From positions 216,816,001 through 216,880,000 of the forward strand of contig NC_086097.1 in assembly GCF_963921235.1 (NCBI RefSeq): a stretch of 64,000 bases of DNA. The letters run 5' to 3'. Position 1 is the first letter of the stretch. Every line of letters begins with the position of its first letter. A program made the position numbers and the translations under genes. This document shows, in pieces, positions 39,555 through 51,018 of this stretch. The DNA is from Mobula hypostoma. Taxonomy: Eukaryota. The notes under the pieces were generated by a model. That model made no database searches, was not told the DNA's origin, and worked only from the letters and a program-made list of their open reading frames with translations.

Positions 39555-40420
39555 ACATGAGAAAGTCTGCAGATGCTGGGAATCCAAAGCAACACACAAA
39601 AAATGCTGGAGGGCCAAGACCCTTCTTCAGGACTGGAAAGGAAGAGCGAAGACACCAGAATAAAAAGGGGAGAATGGAAGGAGGCTAGTTAGAAGGTGAT
39701 AGGTGAGGCCAGGTGTATGGGGAAGATCAAGGGCTGGAGAAGAAGGAATCAGATAGGAGAGGAGTGTGGACCATGAGAGAAAGGGAAGGAGGAGGGGACC
39801 CAGGGGGGTGTGATTGGCAGGTGAGAAGAGATAAAAGGTCATAGTGGGGAAGAGGAGAAAGGTGGGAAGAATTTTTTTTACCAGAGGAAGAAATATATAT
39901 TCATGTCATTAGGTTGGAGACTACCCAGACAAAATATAAGATGTTGCTCCTCCACCTTGAGGCCATAGACCGACGAGTCAGAACTGGAACGGGAATGGGA
40001 ATTAAAATATTTGGCCACCTGGAATTTATATCTGTGGCGGTTGGAGGTGCTCATCGATGTAAGCTCCCAATTTACAATGGGTCTCATTAACGTAGAGGAG
40101 GTTGCACTAGGAGCACTGGACATAACTCCAGCAGATTCACAGGTGAAGTGCTGCTTCACCTGGAAGGACAGTTTGAGGCCCTGACTGGAGGTGAAGGAGG
40201 ACATGTGGGCAGGTTTAGCACTTCTGTGTCTTGCAGGGATAAGTACCAGGAGGGAGATTAGTGGGGAGGGACAAACAGACAAGGAAATTACCCAGGGAGC
40301 GATCCCTGTGGAAAATAGAGGAAAGGAAGGCCTCTATTTTGTTTAGTGGTGGGATCCCTTTGGAGATGGCAGAAGTTGCAGAGGACAATATATTGGATGC
40401 GGAGGCTGATGGGGTGGTAT
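39555..40420 (-). mobile_element. Penelope-like element 3' part (GIY-YIG end, 3' UTR, pLTR)
   Basis: FQVKQHFTCESAGV..VAKYFNS..EEQHLIFCLGSLQPNDMNI (39878..40282). Pyrimidine-rich UTR; partial hammerhead agtcCTGAAGAagggtcttggccc at 39611-39634 (-). Confidence 0.8.
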
Positions 40421-41503
40421 AAAAAATTAAGTGTGGACAGTCTTCCAATTTTGTCCACTCTGTAGGAGGTGACAATCAAATTTCTGCCTTCCTTGGAAAT
40501 ATATAACTTTTATAGATCCTTACAACAATACAAATGTAAATAATAAGCACTTCCTTGACAAAATGCTCAAGATACTTTTCTTTACAAAACTAAATGTTAA
40601 TTTTTATCTTATTTTACAACAAACTCAAGCACAAAATTTAAAATATTTTAAGTTGTAACTTCATATCTTCTGCACATTTCATCACAATATGATGAAATGT
40701 GCAGAAAAGCCTTTTCTCCCACTCTAAACAAGGAATTTGCTCAGCACATTAAATTACTATTAAAGGGAGAGGGTTTGGAGTTCCCTGAGGCTTATTCACC
40801 CTTGAGTGTTGCAGACCTGTACTATTAATCTGTCATGGTTTTCAGGATTCAAAACAGGATGAATCATTTACATGTCTTTGACCTTCACCTAACATTGTAT
40901 TAACTTATCTTTCGAGCTTTATTAGAACAAGGAGGGTGGGAAGTGTGGGACTGCAGTGACGCTTGCAACAAAGCTAATGACTTTCCAGCTGAAGAGACAT
41001 CTTTATAGAAGGTCAGATCAAGTATTTCCTAGAAGCATTTATGAGTTCTTCCATCCGATGATTCTAATCTGGTGATTTGTGGTGTCCATCTCCATCCACC
41101 TATGCTCTATTTTCATGCAATGCCCATTTCCAGATCACTGGAGACAAAACCAAGGTAATTCCAGTGTGGGATAGTCGTGTCTCTGGCTTCACCCCCTCTA
41201 GATTTCATACCTTGGCTGAGGCAGTCATTGAAAGGTGCAGCCAGGGGCTTCCAGAGGATGGATTTATGGCTCAATGGGTTTCTTGATTTTCCAGACCTTT
41301 CTAGATGTGGGAGCATGTCAAACATGAGAGGTTCACCCAATGGAGTTGAAATGTCAACGTGACAAACTGCATGAAACATCTTTCAAAGGAAAACCAGAAG
41401 GTTAAGAAGCAACATATGAGTAAGTTGGTGAACTGACAAGACAGGCGGAGAAACAACTTCTGATAAAACCAGTGGACAGACAGATGAAGACACTTGGTGC
41501 TGG

Positions 41504-42399
41504 TGTGACGAGAATACACATAGATTAAGATGTTAGCTGGCCTGTGCTGGCACCAGTGGGATCAGTAGTTAGTCTGCCGCCTGTCTTCAGGAGAGAGAGA
41601 GATAAGGAAAACAATGGAGCAGCATTTGGAGATGTTAATGAAGGGACGGGAGAGAGTAACAGAAGGAGAGCTGTCAAGATCGGCTCCCCCTTTGAACCCT
41701 GAACTGTTTGAAGTGATGGACAGGCGATACCCCAGCAGGGGGATAAAAAGGGACAGGTTCGCTAAGGCAAGACACACACGACACCCCGAGGTAACGAGAC
41801 CCTGGAAGCGGTGCGTCTCTCACAAGTCGGTGGGAAGTTTTGGACGGCTGGTCGCGGGACAAGCCATAGACACACAGGGTGGAAAGGCACGATCGGCGGG
41901 AACCTGGTGTGTGTCCACCCTTGCCTGGGTGCCAGGTTCACCGCAGAGAAACGATCGTATCTGGAAACGGAGGGGTCACAGTCGGTGACCTCAGATGACA
42001 TCACAAAGGACTCGCCCGAAAGCTGACTGCGAAGGTCTGTGTGTGGAAGTCGTTTGAATATTCATTCGTTTTGCTCTCTCTCTCTCCTTCCCCCCACACT
42101 GTCCATCTCCCACGGCAGCGATTACTGCGAACTGAACTGAACTAAATTGAACTGAACTTTGCGTCACTTTGAAACTGGTCATTTACCCCTAGACAACGAT
42201 AGAGCTTGATTGATCCTGTTATCTTAATTCTGTGTACATGTGTGTTTATCATTGTTGAACTGTTGCATTTATTATCCTTTTGATTAGAGTACTGTGTTGC
42301 TTGTTTCTTTAATAAAACTTTCTTAGTTCTAGTAATCCAGACTACAACTGAGTGTTCCATTTCTGCTGGGTTGGCAAACCAGTTACGGGGTACGTAACA
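41504..42399 (+). mobile_element. Solo LTR (896 bp)
   Basis: TGTGACG...CGTAACA termini; 4-bp TSD CTGG (41500-41503 / 42400-42403); AATAAA at 42311; CpG retained. Confidence 0.85.
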
Positions 42400-42805
42400 C
42401 TGGTAAGTTACAAACTTAACTAATCAAGCCAGTATTAAAACCAACCAGATCAATGATATGCAGACTGAATCCGATCAAACAAAGGCTAAGCTCATAAGTG
42501 AAAGCACAGCTCTCCAAGGAGAATATTGGATGGATAGAAATTCCACACTGGAGCAACATCTCTGCAGAGACAATCCACTGTAAACAGAGGGCCCTCTGCA
42601 TCTAGAACATCAGAGTGTCCAACCATCAAAAGTCACGAATACAGTCATTACATCCATTATGAACAGATCAGACCAGGATAGTTCAACAATTTGTATCTTG
42701 CAGGCTATCTTGTAAAGGTAATATCTAACTAACTTGATTTGATCAACACACATCAAAGTTGCTGGTGAACGCAGCAGGCCAGGCAGCATCTATAGGAAGA
42801 GGCGC

Positions 42806-42841
42806 AGTCGACGTTTCAGGCCGAGACCCTTCGTCAGGACT
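42806..42841 (-). ncRNA. Minimal type I hammerhead ribozyme (antisense twin)
   Basis: Exact reverse complement of 42868-42903. Confidence 0.75.
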
Positions 42842-42867
42842 AACTGAAGGAACTGCTTCCTTCAGTT

Positions 42868-42903
42868 AGTCCTGACGAAGGGTCTCGGCCTGAAACGTCG
42901 ACT
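42868..42903 (+). ncRNA. Minimal type I hammerhead ribozyme (stem III reduced to palindromic ACGT)
   Basis: AGTC-CTGACGA-AGGGTCTCGGCCT-GAAAC-GTC|GACT: intact core; stem I AGTC/GACT; predicted cut after 42899. Confidence 0.75.
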
Positions 42904-43101
42904 GCGCCTCTTCCTATAGATGCTGCCTGGCCTGCTGCGTTCACCAGCAACTTTGATGTGTGTTGCTTGAATTTCCAGCATCTGCAGAATTCCTGTTGTT
43001 AACTTGATTTGATAATTGTTTTCATAGCCTTAAGTGTAATTAGTGAGAATACTTGTGCATCAAGAGATGAATAAAGAAATTCTGAGTGTAAAGTGCATAT
43101 G

Positions 43102-46100
43102 ATAGACAATAGACAATAGGTGCAGGAGTAGGCCATTCAGCCCTTTGAGCCAGCACCGCCATTCACTATGATCATGGCTGATCATCCACAATCAGTATCC
43201 AGTTCCTGCCTTATCCCCATAACCTTTGATTCCACTATCTTTAAGAGCTCTATCCATCTCTTTCTTGAAAGCATCCAGAGACTTGGCCTCCACAGCCTTC
43301 TGGGGCAGAGCATTCCATATATCCACCACTCTCTGGGTGAAAAAGTTTTTCCTCAACTCCGTTCTAAATGGCCTACCCCTTATTCTTAAACTGTGCCCTC
43401 TGGTTCTGGACTCACCCATCAGCGGGAACATGCTTCCTGCCTCCAGCGTGTCCAATCCCTTAATAATCTTATATGTTTCAATAAGATCCCCTCTCAGCCT
43501 TCTAAATTCCAGAGTATACAAGCCCAGTCGCTCCAACCTTTCGACATATGACAGTCCCGCCATCCCAGGAATTAACCTTGTGAACCTACACTGCACTCCC
43601 TCAATAGCAAGAATGTCCTGCCTCAAATTTAGAGACCAAAACTGTTCACAGTACTCCAGGTGTGGTCTCACCAGGGCCCTGTACAGCTGCAGAAGGACCT
43701 CTTTGCCCTTATACTCAATTTCCGTTGTTATGAAGGCCAGCATGCCATTAGCTTTCTTCACTGCCTGCTGTACTTGCATGCTTGCTTTCAGTGACTGATG
43801 TACAAGAACACCTAGATCTCGTTGGACTTCCCCTTTTCCTAACTTGACTCCATTTAGATAATAATCTGCCTTCCTGTTCTTACCACCAAAGTGGATAACT
43901 TCACATTTATCCACATTAAACTGCATCTGCCCACTCACCCAGCCTGTCCAAGTCACCCTGCATTCTCATAACATCCTCCTCACATTTCACACTGCCACCC
44001 AGCTTTGTGTCATCGGCAAATTTGCTAATGTTACTTTTAATTCCCTCATCTAAATCATTAATATATATTGTAAACAGCTGCGGTCCCAGCACTGAACCCT
44101 GCGGTACCCCACTGGTCACCGCCTGCCATTCGGAAAGGGACCCGTTAATCGCTACTCTTTTTTTTCTGTCAGCCAGCCAATTTTTAATCCATATCCATAC
44201 TCTGCCCCCAATACCATGTGCCCTAATTTTGCCCACTAATCTCCTATGTGGGACTTTATCAAAGGCTTTCTGAAAGTCCAGGTACACTACATCCACTGGC
44301 TCTCCCCTGTCCATTTTCATAGTTACATCCTCAAAAAATTCCAGAAGATTAGTCAAGCACGATTTCCCCTTCGTAAATCCACGCTGACCCGGACCGATCC
44401 TGTTACGGCTATCCAGATGTGTCATAATTTCATCTTTTATAATTGACTCCAGCATCTTTCCCACCACCGACGTCAGGCTAAGCAGTCTATAATTCCCTGT
44501 TTTCTCTCTTCCTCCCTTCTTGAAGAGAGGGACAACATTAGCCACCCTGCAATCCACAAGAACTGATCCTGAATCTATAGAACATTGGAAAATGATTACC
44601 AATGCATCCACGATTTCTAAAGCCACCTCCTTAAGTACCCTGGGATGCAGACCATCAGGTCCCAGGGACTTATCAGCCTTCAGACCCAACAGTCTATCCA
44701 ACACCATTTCCTGCCTAGTATAAATTTCCTTCAGTTCATCCATTACCCTAGGCCCTTTGGCCACTATAATATCTGGGAGATTGTTTGTGTCTTCCCTAGT
44801 GAAGACAGATCCAAAGTACCTGTTCAACTCATCTGCCCAATAATAAATTCACCCGTTTCTGTCTTCAAGGGCCCAATTTTGGTCTTAACTATTTTTTTCC
44901 TTTTCACATACCTAAAGAAGCTTTTACTATCCTCCTTTATATTCTTGGCTAGTTTACCTTCGTACCTCATTTTTCTCCACGTATTGCCTTTGTAGTTACC
45001 TTCTGTTGCTCTTTAAAAGTTTCCCAATCATCCGGCTTCCCACTCATCTTTGCTATGTTATACTTCTTCTCTTTTATTTTTATACTGTCTATTACTTCCC
45101 TTGTCAGCCACGGCCTCCCCTTACTCGCCTTAGGATCTTTCTTCCTCTTGGGAATGAACTGATCCTGCACTTTCTGCATTATCCCCAGAAATACTTGCCA
45201 TTGCTGTTCCACTGTCATCCCTGCTAGGGTATTGTTCCATTGAACTTTGGCCAGCTCCTCCCTCATCGCTCCATAGTTCCCTTTGTTCAACTGTAATACT
45301 GACACTTCCGAGTTTCCCTTCGCCCTCTCAAATTGTAGATTAAAACTTATCATATTATGGTCACTACCTCCTATTGGCTCCTTTACCTCGACGTCCCTGA
45401 TCAAATCCGGTTCATTGCACAACACTAAATCTAGAATTGCGTTCTCTCTGGTAGGCTCCAGTACAAGCTGTTCTAAGAATCCATCTTGGAGGGACTCGAC
45501 AAACTCCATTTCTTGGGGTCCAGTACCGGCCTGATTCCTCCAGTCTACCTGCATGTTGAAGTCCCCCATAACAACTGTAGCATTACCTTTGCGACATGCC
45601 AATTTTAACTCTTGACTCAACTTACACCCTACATCCAGACTACTGTTTGGGGGCCTGTAGATAACTCCCATTAGGGTCTTTCTACCCTTAGAATTTCTCA
45701 GTTCTATCCATACTGACTCCATGTCTCCTGATTCTATGTCCCCCCTCGCAAGGGACTGAATATCATTCCTCACCAACAGAGCCACCCCACCCCCTCTGCC
45801 CATCAGTCTGTCCTTTCGATAGGACGTATACCCTTGAATATTCATTTGCCAAGCCCTGTCCTCTTGAAGCCATGTCTCTGTTATTCCCACAACATCACAC
45901 TTACCAATTTCCAATTGTGCCTCAAGCCCATCCACTTTATTTCTTATACTTCGTGCATTCATATATAATACTTTTAATTCATTACTCCCCTCACCTCCCA
46001 TATCAATTCCTATTTCACTTGGCCATACTGTACGATCCCTTCTTGAGCTTTCTCCTCTGTTGATTCTGTTGTCTTTCTCAACTTTTCTTATTCTCACTTT

Positions 46101-46385
46101 CCCCTTATCTCCATCCTTATGTTTCCAGTTCGTCCCCTCCCCCCCACTACTTAATTTAAACACACTCGGGTTGCAGAGGCAAACCTGCCTGCCAGAATGC
46201 TGGTGCCCTGCTTATTAAGGTGCAACCCGTCCCTTTTGTACAATTCATCCTTACCCCGAAACATACCCCAGTGGTCCAAGAATGTAAATCCTTACTTCCT
46301 GCACCAGTTCCTCAGCCACACATTCAGATCCATTATCTCCCTGTTCTTGACCACTCCAGCACAAGGAACTGGAAGCAAACCAGAT
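43102..46385 (-). mobile_element. CR1 LINE with almost complete ORF2 and end of ORF1
   Basis: ORF pieces 44967..46163 (APE: YMNARS, ITETW, MGDFN, SDHN), 43916..44827 (RT: QGSVLGP, FADD) and 43192..43956. ORF1 SGNH-esterase end DGLHLN at ~46200-46385. (ATAGACA)n tail. Confidence 0.92.
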
Positions 46386-48077
46386 ATTCTACCTCATATT
46401 TTCTTACTGGAGAATTGCCAAAGAACATGATAAACACATACAATGCAAATTTCCACTTATACAGAGTCCATAGTACTCGTTAGGCCAGCCATCCCGATAT
46501 CAGTAGTGGGGAAGTTACTGGAGGGAATTCGAGGGACACGATCTGCCAGCATGGCTTTATGCATGCAGTCATGCTTGATGAAACTTTTAGAGTTTTTTGA
46601 AGAGGTAACCAAAATGGTAGAGATGTCATTAGAGCAGTAGGTGTTGTCGGTTTGGACTTTAGTAAGGTCTTAGACAAAATCCCACATAGTCAACTGGTCT
46701 GGAATGTTAGATCCCATGTAATCCAGGGAGAGCTGGTTACGTAGATTCAAAATTAGCTCGGAGGTAGGAAGCGAAGCGTGAATGTTGAAGGCTGTTCCTC
46801 AGGATAGAGGCTGGTGTCTAATGGGATGCTGCAAGGGTTAGTGTTGGGACCCTTGTTATTCATTACTTATATAAATGATTTGGATGTGATTGCAGAGGTT
46901 TGATCAGTAAGTTTGCAGATGACATGAAATTAGGAGTGCTTTTGATAGTGAAGAATGCTATTGTAGATTATGAGGGGTTTTGATCAGTTAAGGAAATAGA
47001 CTAAGGATAGGCAAATCGAATTTAATAGAGATAAATGTGAGGTGATGCAATTTGGAAAGCCAAACCAGCATAAGATTTAGGTTTAAGGGTTTTAAAGACT
47101 GCAAATTCCAAGTCTCGAGATCATCAAAATGGGAGGCTAAAGCATTATGGTATTTACTGCCTCAACCATCATTTGGAAACAATGCGGCCAATTCTGAGAT
47201 ACACAGGCTTTAGAGTAAACAGCGACCTCTGTTTGATTTGGCAAGAAGGGAAATAGCTGCAGTCAGATTCTTGAATGTAGATTGAAATACACACTAGCAA
47301 GAATGAGAACAAGCACGCAAGGGATGGCATGCAAGAGAGTGAGCATAAAAAAGTGTCAAAATAGTTAACAGGATAAACATATTTTTTAAAATTGCATTGT
47401 TGAAAAAGGAGGATGTTGAATGTCGTGTGTGCTTAAGAGTTCAAAATTGTGCCTGGCTTCTGACTGTCGTGCTAGGGTGTGTTGGGCACTAGGGAGTGTA
47501 ATGAAAAGAGGGACACAGGAGTGTAAGTGCATAGTTCTTTGAAAGTGCCATCACAGGTAGACACGGTAATGAGAAGGGCATTTAACACACTGACTTTCAT
47601 CAGTAAGGGTACTGAGTATAGGAGTTGGGATGTTATGTTGAAGTTGTATTGGTGAGGCTATTCTTGGAGTGCTGTGAGCAATTTTGGTCATCTTGTTATA
47701 GGAAAGATACTGTATGATCAAAGTGAAAAGAGTGCAATGAAGATTTAGGAGGATTTTGCTGGAACAAGAGAACCTGAATTATAGGGAGAGGTTGGCAAGC
47801 CAGGTCTTTATTCTTTGGAACGTAGTAGAATGTGGTGTAATCGTGGAGATATGTTCAAAATTATGAGAGACACAGACAGGGAGGATGGTAACAGCCTGCT
47901 CCTTAGGGTAGAAGAGACCAGAACTGGGGGACCATGGATTTGGAGTGAAAGGGGAATCCTTTAAAAGGAACTCAAGGAGAAACTTCTTCACAGAGGATAT
48001 GGAATGAGCTGCCAGAAGAAATGGTTGAAGAATGGTAGAAGTGGCGGGGGGGGGGTGGTGGTTGCCTAGTGGGATAT

Positions 48078-48249
48078 GGTTCCTTAAGGTTGATATAACT
48101 GGGGGGAGGGACAATGGGGATAAACTCTCACTCCTGTTAAATGCTCGAAATGGTGTGCATCTCAAATAGCCTCTGACAAACAAGTACAGCTCCTAGCCTT
48201 CACGTGGCTTAGCTACTAAGCCCGGTGGAACCATTTCTACTGACAGGAG
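48078..48249 (+). ncRNA. Candidate HDV-like ribozyme with inserted hairpin
   Basis: P1 GGTTCC/GGAACC; P2 CTCCT/AGGAG; P3 GCC/GGT; L3 TTCACGT; inserted stem GGCTTAG-CTA-CTAAGCC; J4/2 CTGA. Confidence 0.55.
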
Positions 48250-48665
48250 AAAGGGGAAAGGTGGGGTTACTAGCGCTTTAAAACCAGTTACCTCAGGCAG
48301 ATGGGGCTCAACAACTGAGGTTGGCAATTCATTGAGGAGTAGGAAAACTCTGATCTCAAATCTCTACTGCCTTGCGGCTCTACCCACTCATAGGAAAGGC
48401 TTTGGAAGTAATCTCCAAAGAAAAATCCGGTGCTGGAGTCCCTAAGGCAGCCCTGCATTGAGTCGTTAAGTTCAGTGCTGACTGACAACTCCTGCAACGC
48501 CACTGGTGTCAATCTGTATCAGTCTATGTTGTGCCTTTGGATTCAATAGCAGCGTGGAAAGGAAAAGCTTGCTGCTTTCTCACTCCCTACGTCGTGTTGC
48601 CCTGGCTTGAGTACGGGATTCCGTATCACACACCACCCATGGTCAGTCCCAACCAATGGAGGAGG
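48078..48665 (+). mobile_element. Short non-coding retroposon family A with 5' HDV-like fold
   Basis: Flanked by gggatat(gg) at 48071 and 48666 inside a CR1 3' end; (GGA)n-like tail; homologous to 54971-55474 (-). Confidence 0.75.
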
Positions 48666-49654
48666 GGGATATGGGCTGAATGCAGGAAATTGAGATTAAC
48701 TGGGGGGCACCATAGACTAGTTGGGCTGAAGGGCCTGTATCCATGCTGTATTACTCAATGCCTAAATGCCTTGACCACATTGGTGCAGATACCTCTGTAT
48801 TTTCACATCCACAGTCTGTTGCCTTTCTGAAGTTATCACATGTTTTAACTGGTCAACCTTGTTCCAAAGTCTTACAATTTCAATTACCATTTACTTTGTG
48901 ATGAAAGAATAGATAAAATAATGAATAGTTTAAGTGAATTGCAGGATCTAATAATCTAGTGAGCACACATGCTTTCTTATTTGACACCTGACCTTAAATA
49001 ATGGGCCCTATAATGGCATCTTTCAACCTTCAATGTAGTACCAGATGCTTAAATGCTCACCATATATAGTTAAGTCTTACAGACAAAGAGCGACTTATTT
49101 GATCTGCTTATCAAATTTGGAGATTAAAAGATGTTTATTTAAGAGTACAAATTTCACAATGCCAATACCATTTTGATATAAAAAATGCACTGACTGTTCT
49201 CTTTCTTCTCACCCCTGGGCTAATGGTGCCTCTTCAAAGGCTTAGTATATCTTCCTGTTACAATGTGATTTACCTGTGGAATATACTTAAATAGAAACAT
49301 TGGTTCCTAATTCAAAACCAAAGTGTTGAAAATGTATTTCCTTTATTCACTTTAAAACACTTCTATAGAGTTTATGGAATTAAGTATAGGTGAAGGAATT
49401 TGTCATTCACTCTCCCCACCCTCTTTTTTCATTTCTACCTCTGCTTTACAATTCCTTCTCACCTGATATTTTACTTACAAATATGTACACTCACTGATAA
49501 CATCAATGTAATGGTCACAAGGAAACAGATTACAATTTGTGTATTGTATGAGAGAGAAACATTAACAGAAAGGTCAGAAAAACACAATGAATGTTCTTAA
49601 TTGCTCTTTAACCATACCTTGCTGGACTGCTGAGCACCCCAGGTGTCCATTACA

Positions 49655-50270
49655 GATGGACATAGAGTCATGGAACACGACAGCACAGAAACAGGTCCTT
49701 CAGCCTATCTAGTCATGCTGAACCATTAATCTGCCTAGTCCCATCGACAAACACCCAGACCATGCCCTCCTTACCCCTCCCATTCATGTACCTATCCAAA
49801 TTTCTCTTAAATGTTGAATCAAACCTGCATCCACCACTTCACTGACAATTCGTTCCACACTCTTAACATCCTCTGAGTGAAGTAGTTCCCCTCAAGTTTC
49901 CGTCAAATATTTCATGTTTCCCTTTCACCCTTAATCCATGATCTATTTTTCTAGTCTCATCCAACGTCACGGAAAAAGCCTGGCTTGCATTTACCCCTCA
50001 TAATTTTGTATATCTCTATCAAATCTCCCCTCACTCTCCTACACTCTAGGGAATGAAGTCCTAACCTTTCCCAATAACCCAGGTGCGCAAGTCCTGCCAA
50101 TATACTTGCCAATTTTCTTTGGACTCTTTCATTCATATTGATATCTTACCTGTAGATAGGTGGCCAAAACTGCACACAAATCTCTAAATTAGGACTCACC
50201 AACATCTTAGAGAACTTCAACATAGCATCCCAACTCCTGTACTCAAAACTTTGATTCATGACAGCAACTA
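49655..50270 (-). mobile_element. CR1 LINE 3' end
   Basis: Reverse complement of the CR1 C-terminus and UTR; catagagtcatggaac tail. Confidence 0.8.
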
Positions 50271-51018
50271 TGCGTAAATAAAGACTGACAAAAAACTATC
50301 GTGCAAATTTTAAATTAATAAATTAATAAATAAATAAATTTTGAGAATGAGAATTGTCAAGTCCCTGAAGTGCGTCTGTAGGTTGTGGAATCAGCACAGA
50401 GATGAAGTGAGTGAAGTTATCCACGCTGGCTCAGGAACCCCATGGCTGTAGGGTAACAGCTCTTGCCCTACACCATCAGGCTGCTGAACCCAATCTCTGT
50501 CAGTGCATTGAGACACGTTTGTGGATGGAAATGGACAGTCAGTAGTTCATGTTGAAACCCTTCATCTGCACTGAAAAAGTAGAAGGGAAACAGATATGTA
50601 TAGTTTCATACATACTTTGATAATAAATATACTTTGTACTTTGAGCTTTGAATGAGGGAAAGAGATGAGGCAAGGGCTGGCAAGCGATAGTTGGATCCAG
50701 GTGAGAAGGGATGATTAGCAGATGAAGTAGTTATTTTGAAATTTTTGAGTTTTTTATCATTTAGTTTTTGAAAAGATAACCAAGAAGGCTAACAAGAGCA
50801 GGGTGGTGGATATTGCCTATGTGGACTTCAGCAAGGCTTTTCCAAAGTAGACTGGTCCTAAAGATGAGATCACATTGGATCGAAGGTTAACTAACTAATC
50901 AAAACTGGTTCAGTGGAACGAGTCAGATGGTGGTAGTGAAGGATTGTTTTTCAGATTACAAGCCTGTGCCCAATCAAGTGTTGAAAGGGTCAGTACTAGG
51001 TTCTCTGTTATTTGCCAT

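Larger units (their letters stand above)
42744..42999. mobile_element. Young Penelope-derived palindromic element
   Basis: Perfect 109-bp arms (42744-42852 / 42857-42965), 4-nt loop, 34-nt one-sided tail. 14-bp TSD taacttgatttgat (42730-42743 / 43000-43013). Confidence 0.9.
46480..48770 (+). mobile_element. Old CR1 LINE fragments with nested insertions (~47080-47485 and 48078-48665)
   Basis: Degenerate SCL..LLEFFEEVTK, LDFSK..DKIPH, KFADD, then 3' part and CR1 UTR resuming after 48666. Confidence 0.75.

Noticed and set aside
43226..43798. 190-aa plus-strand ORF
   Set aside because: Antisense frame of CR1 ORF2.
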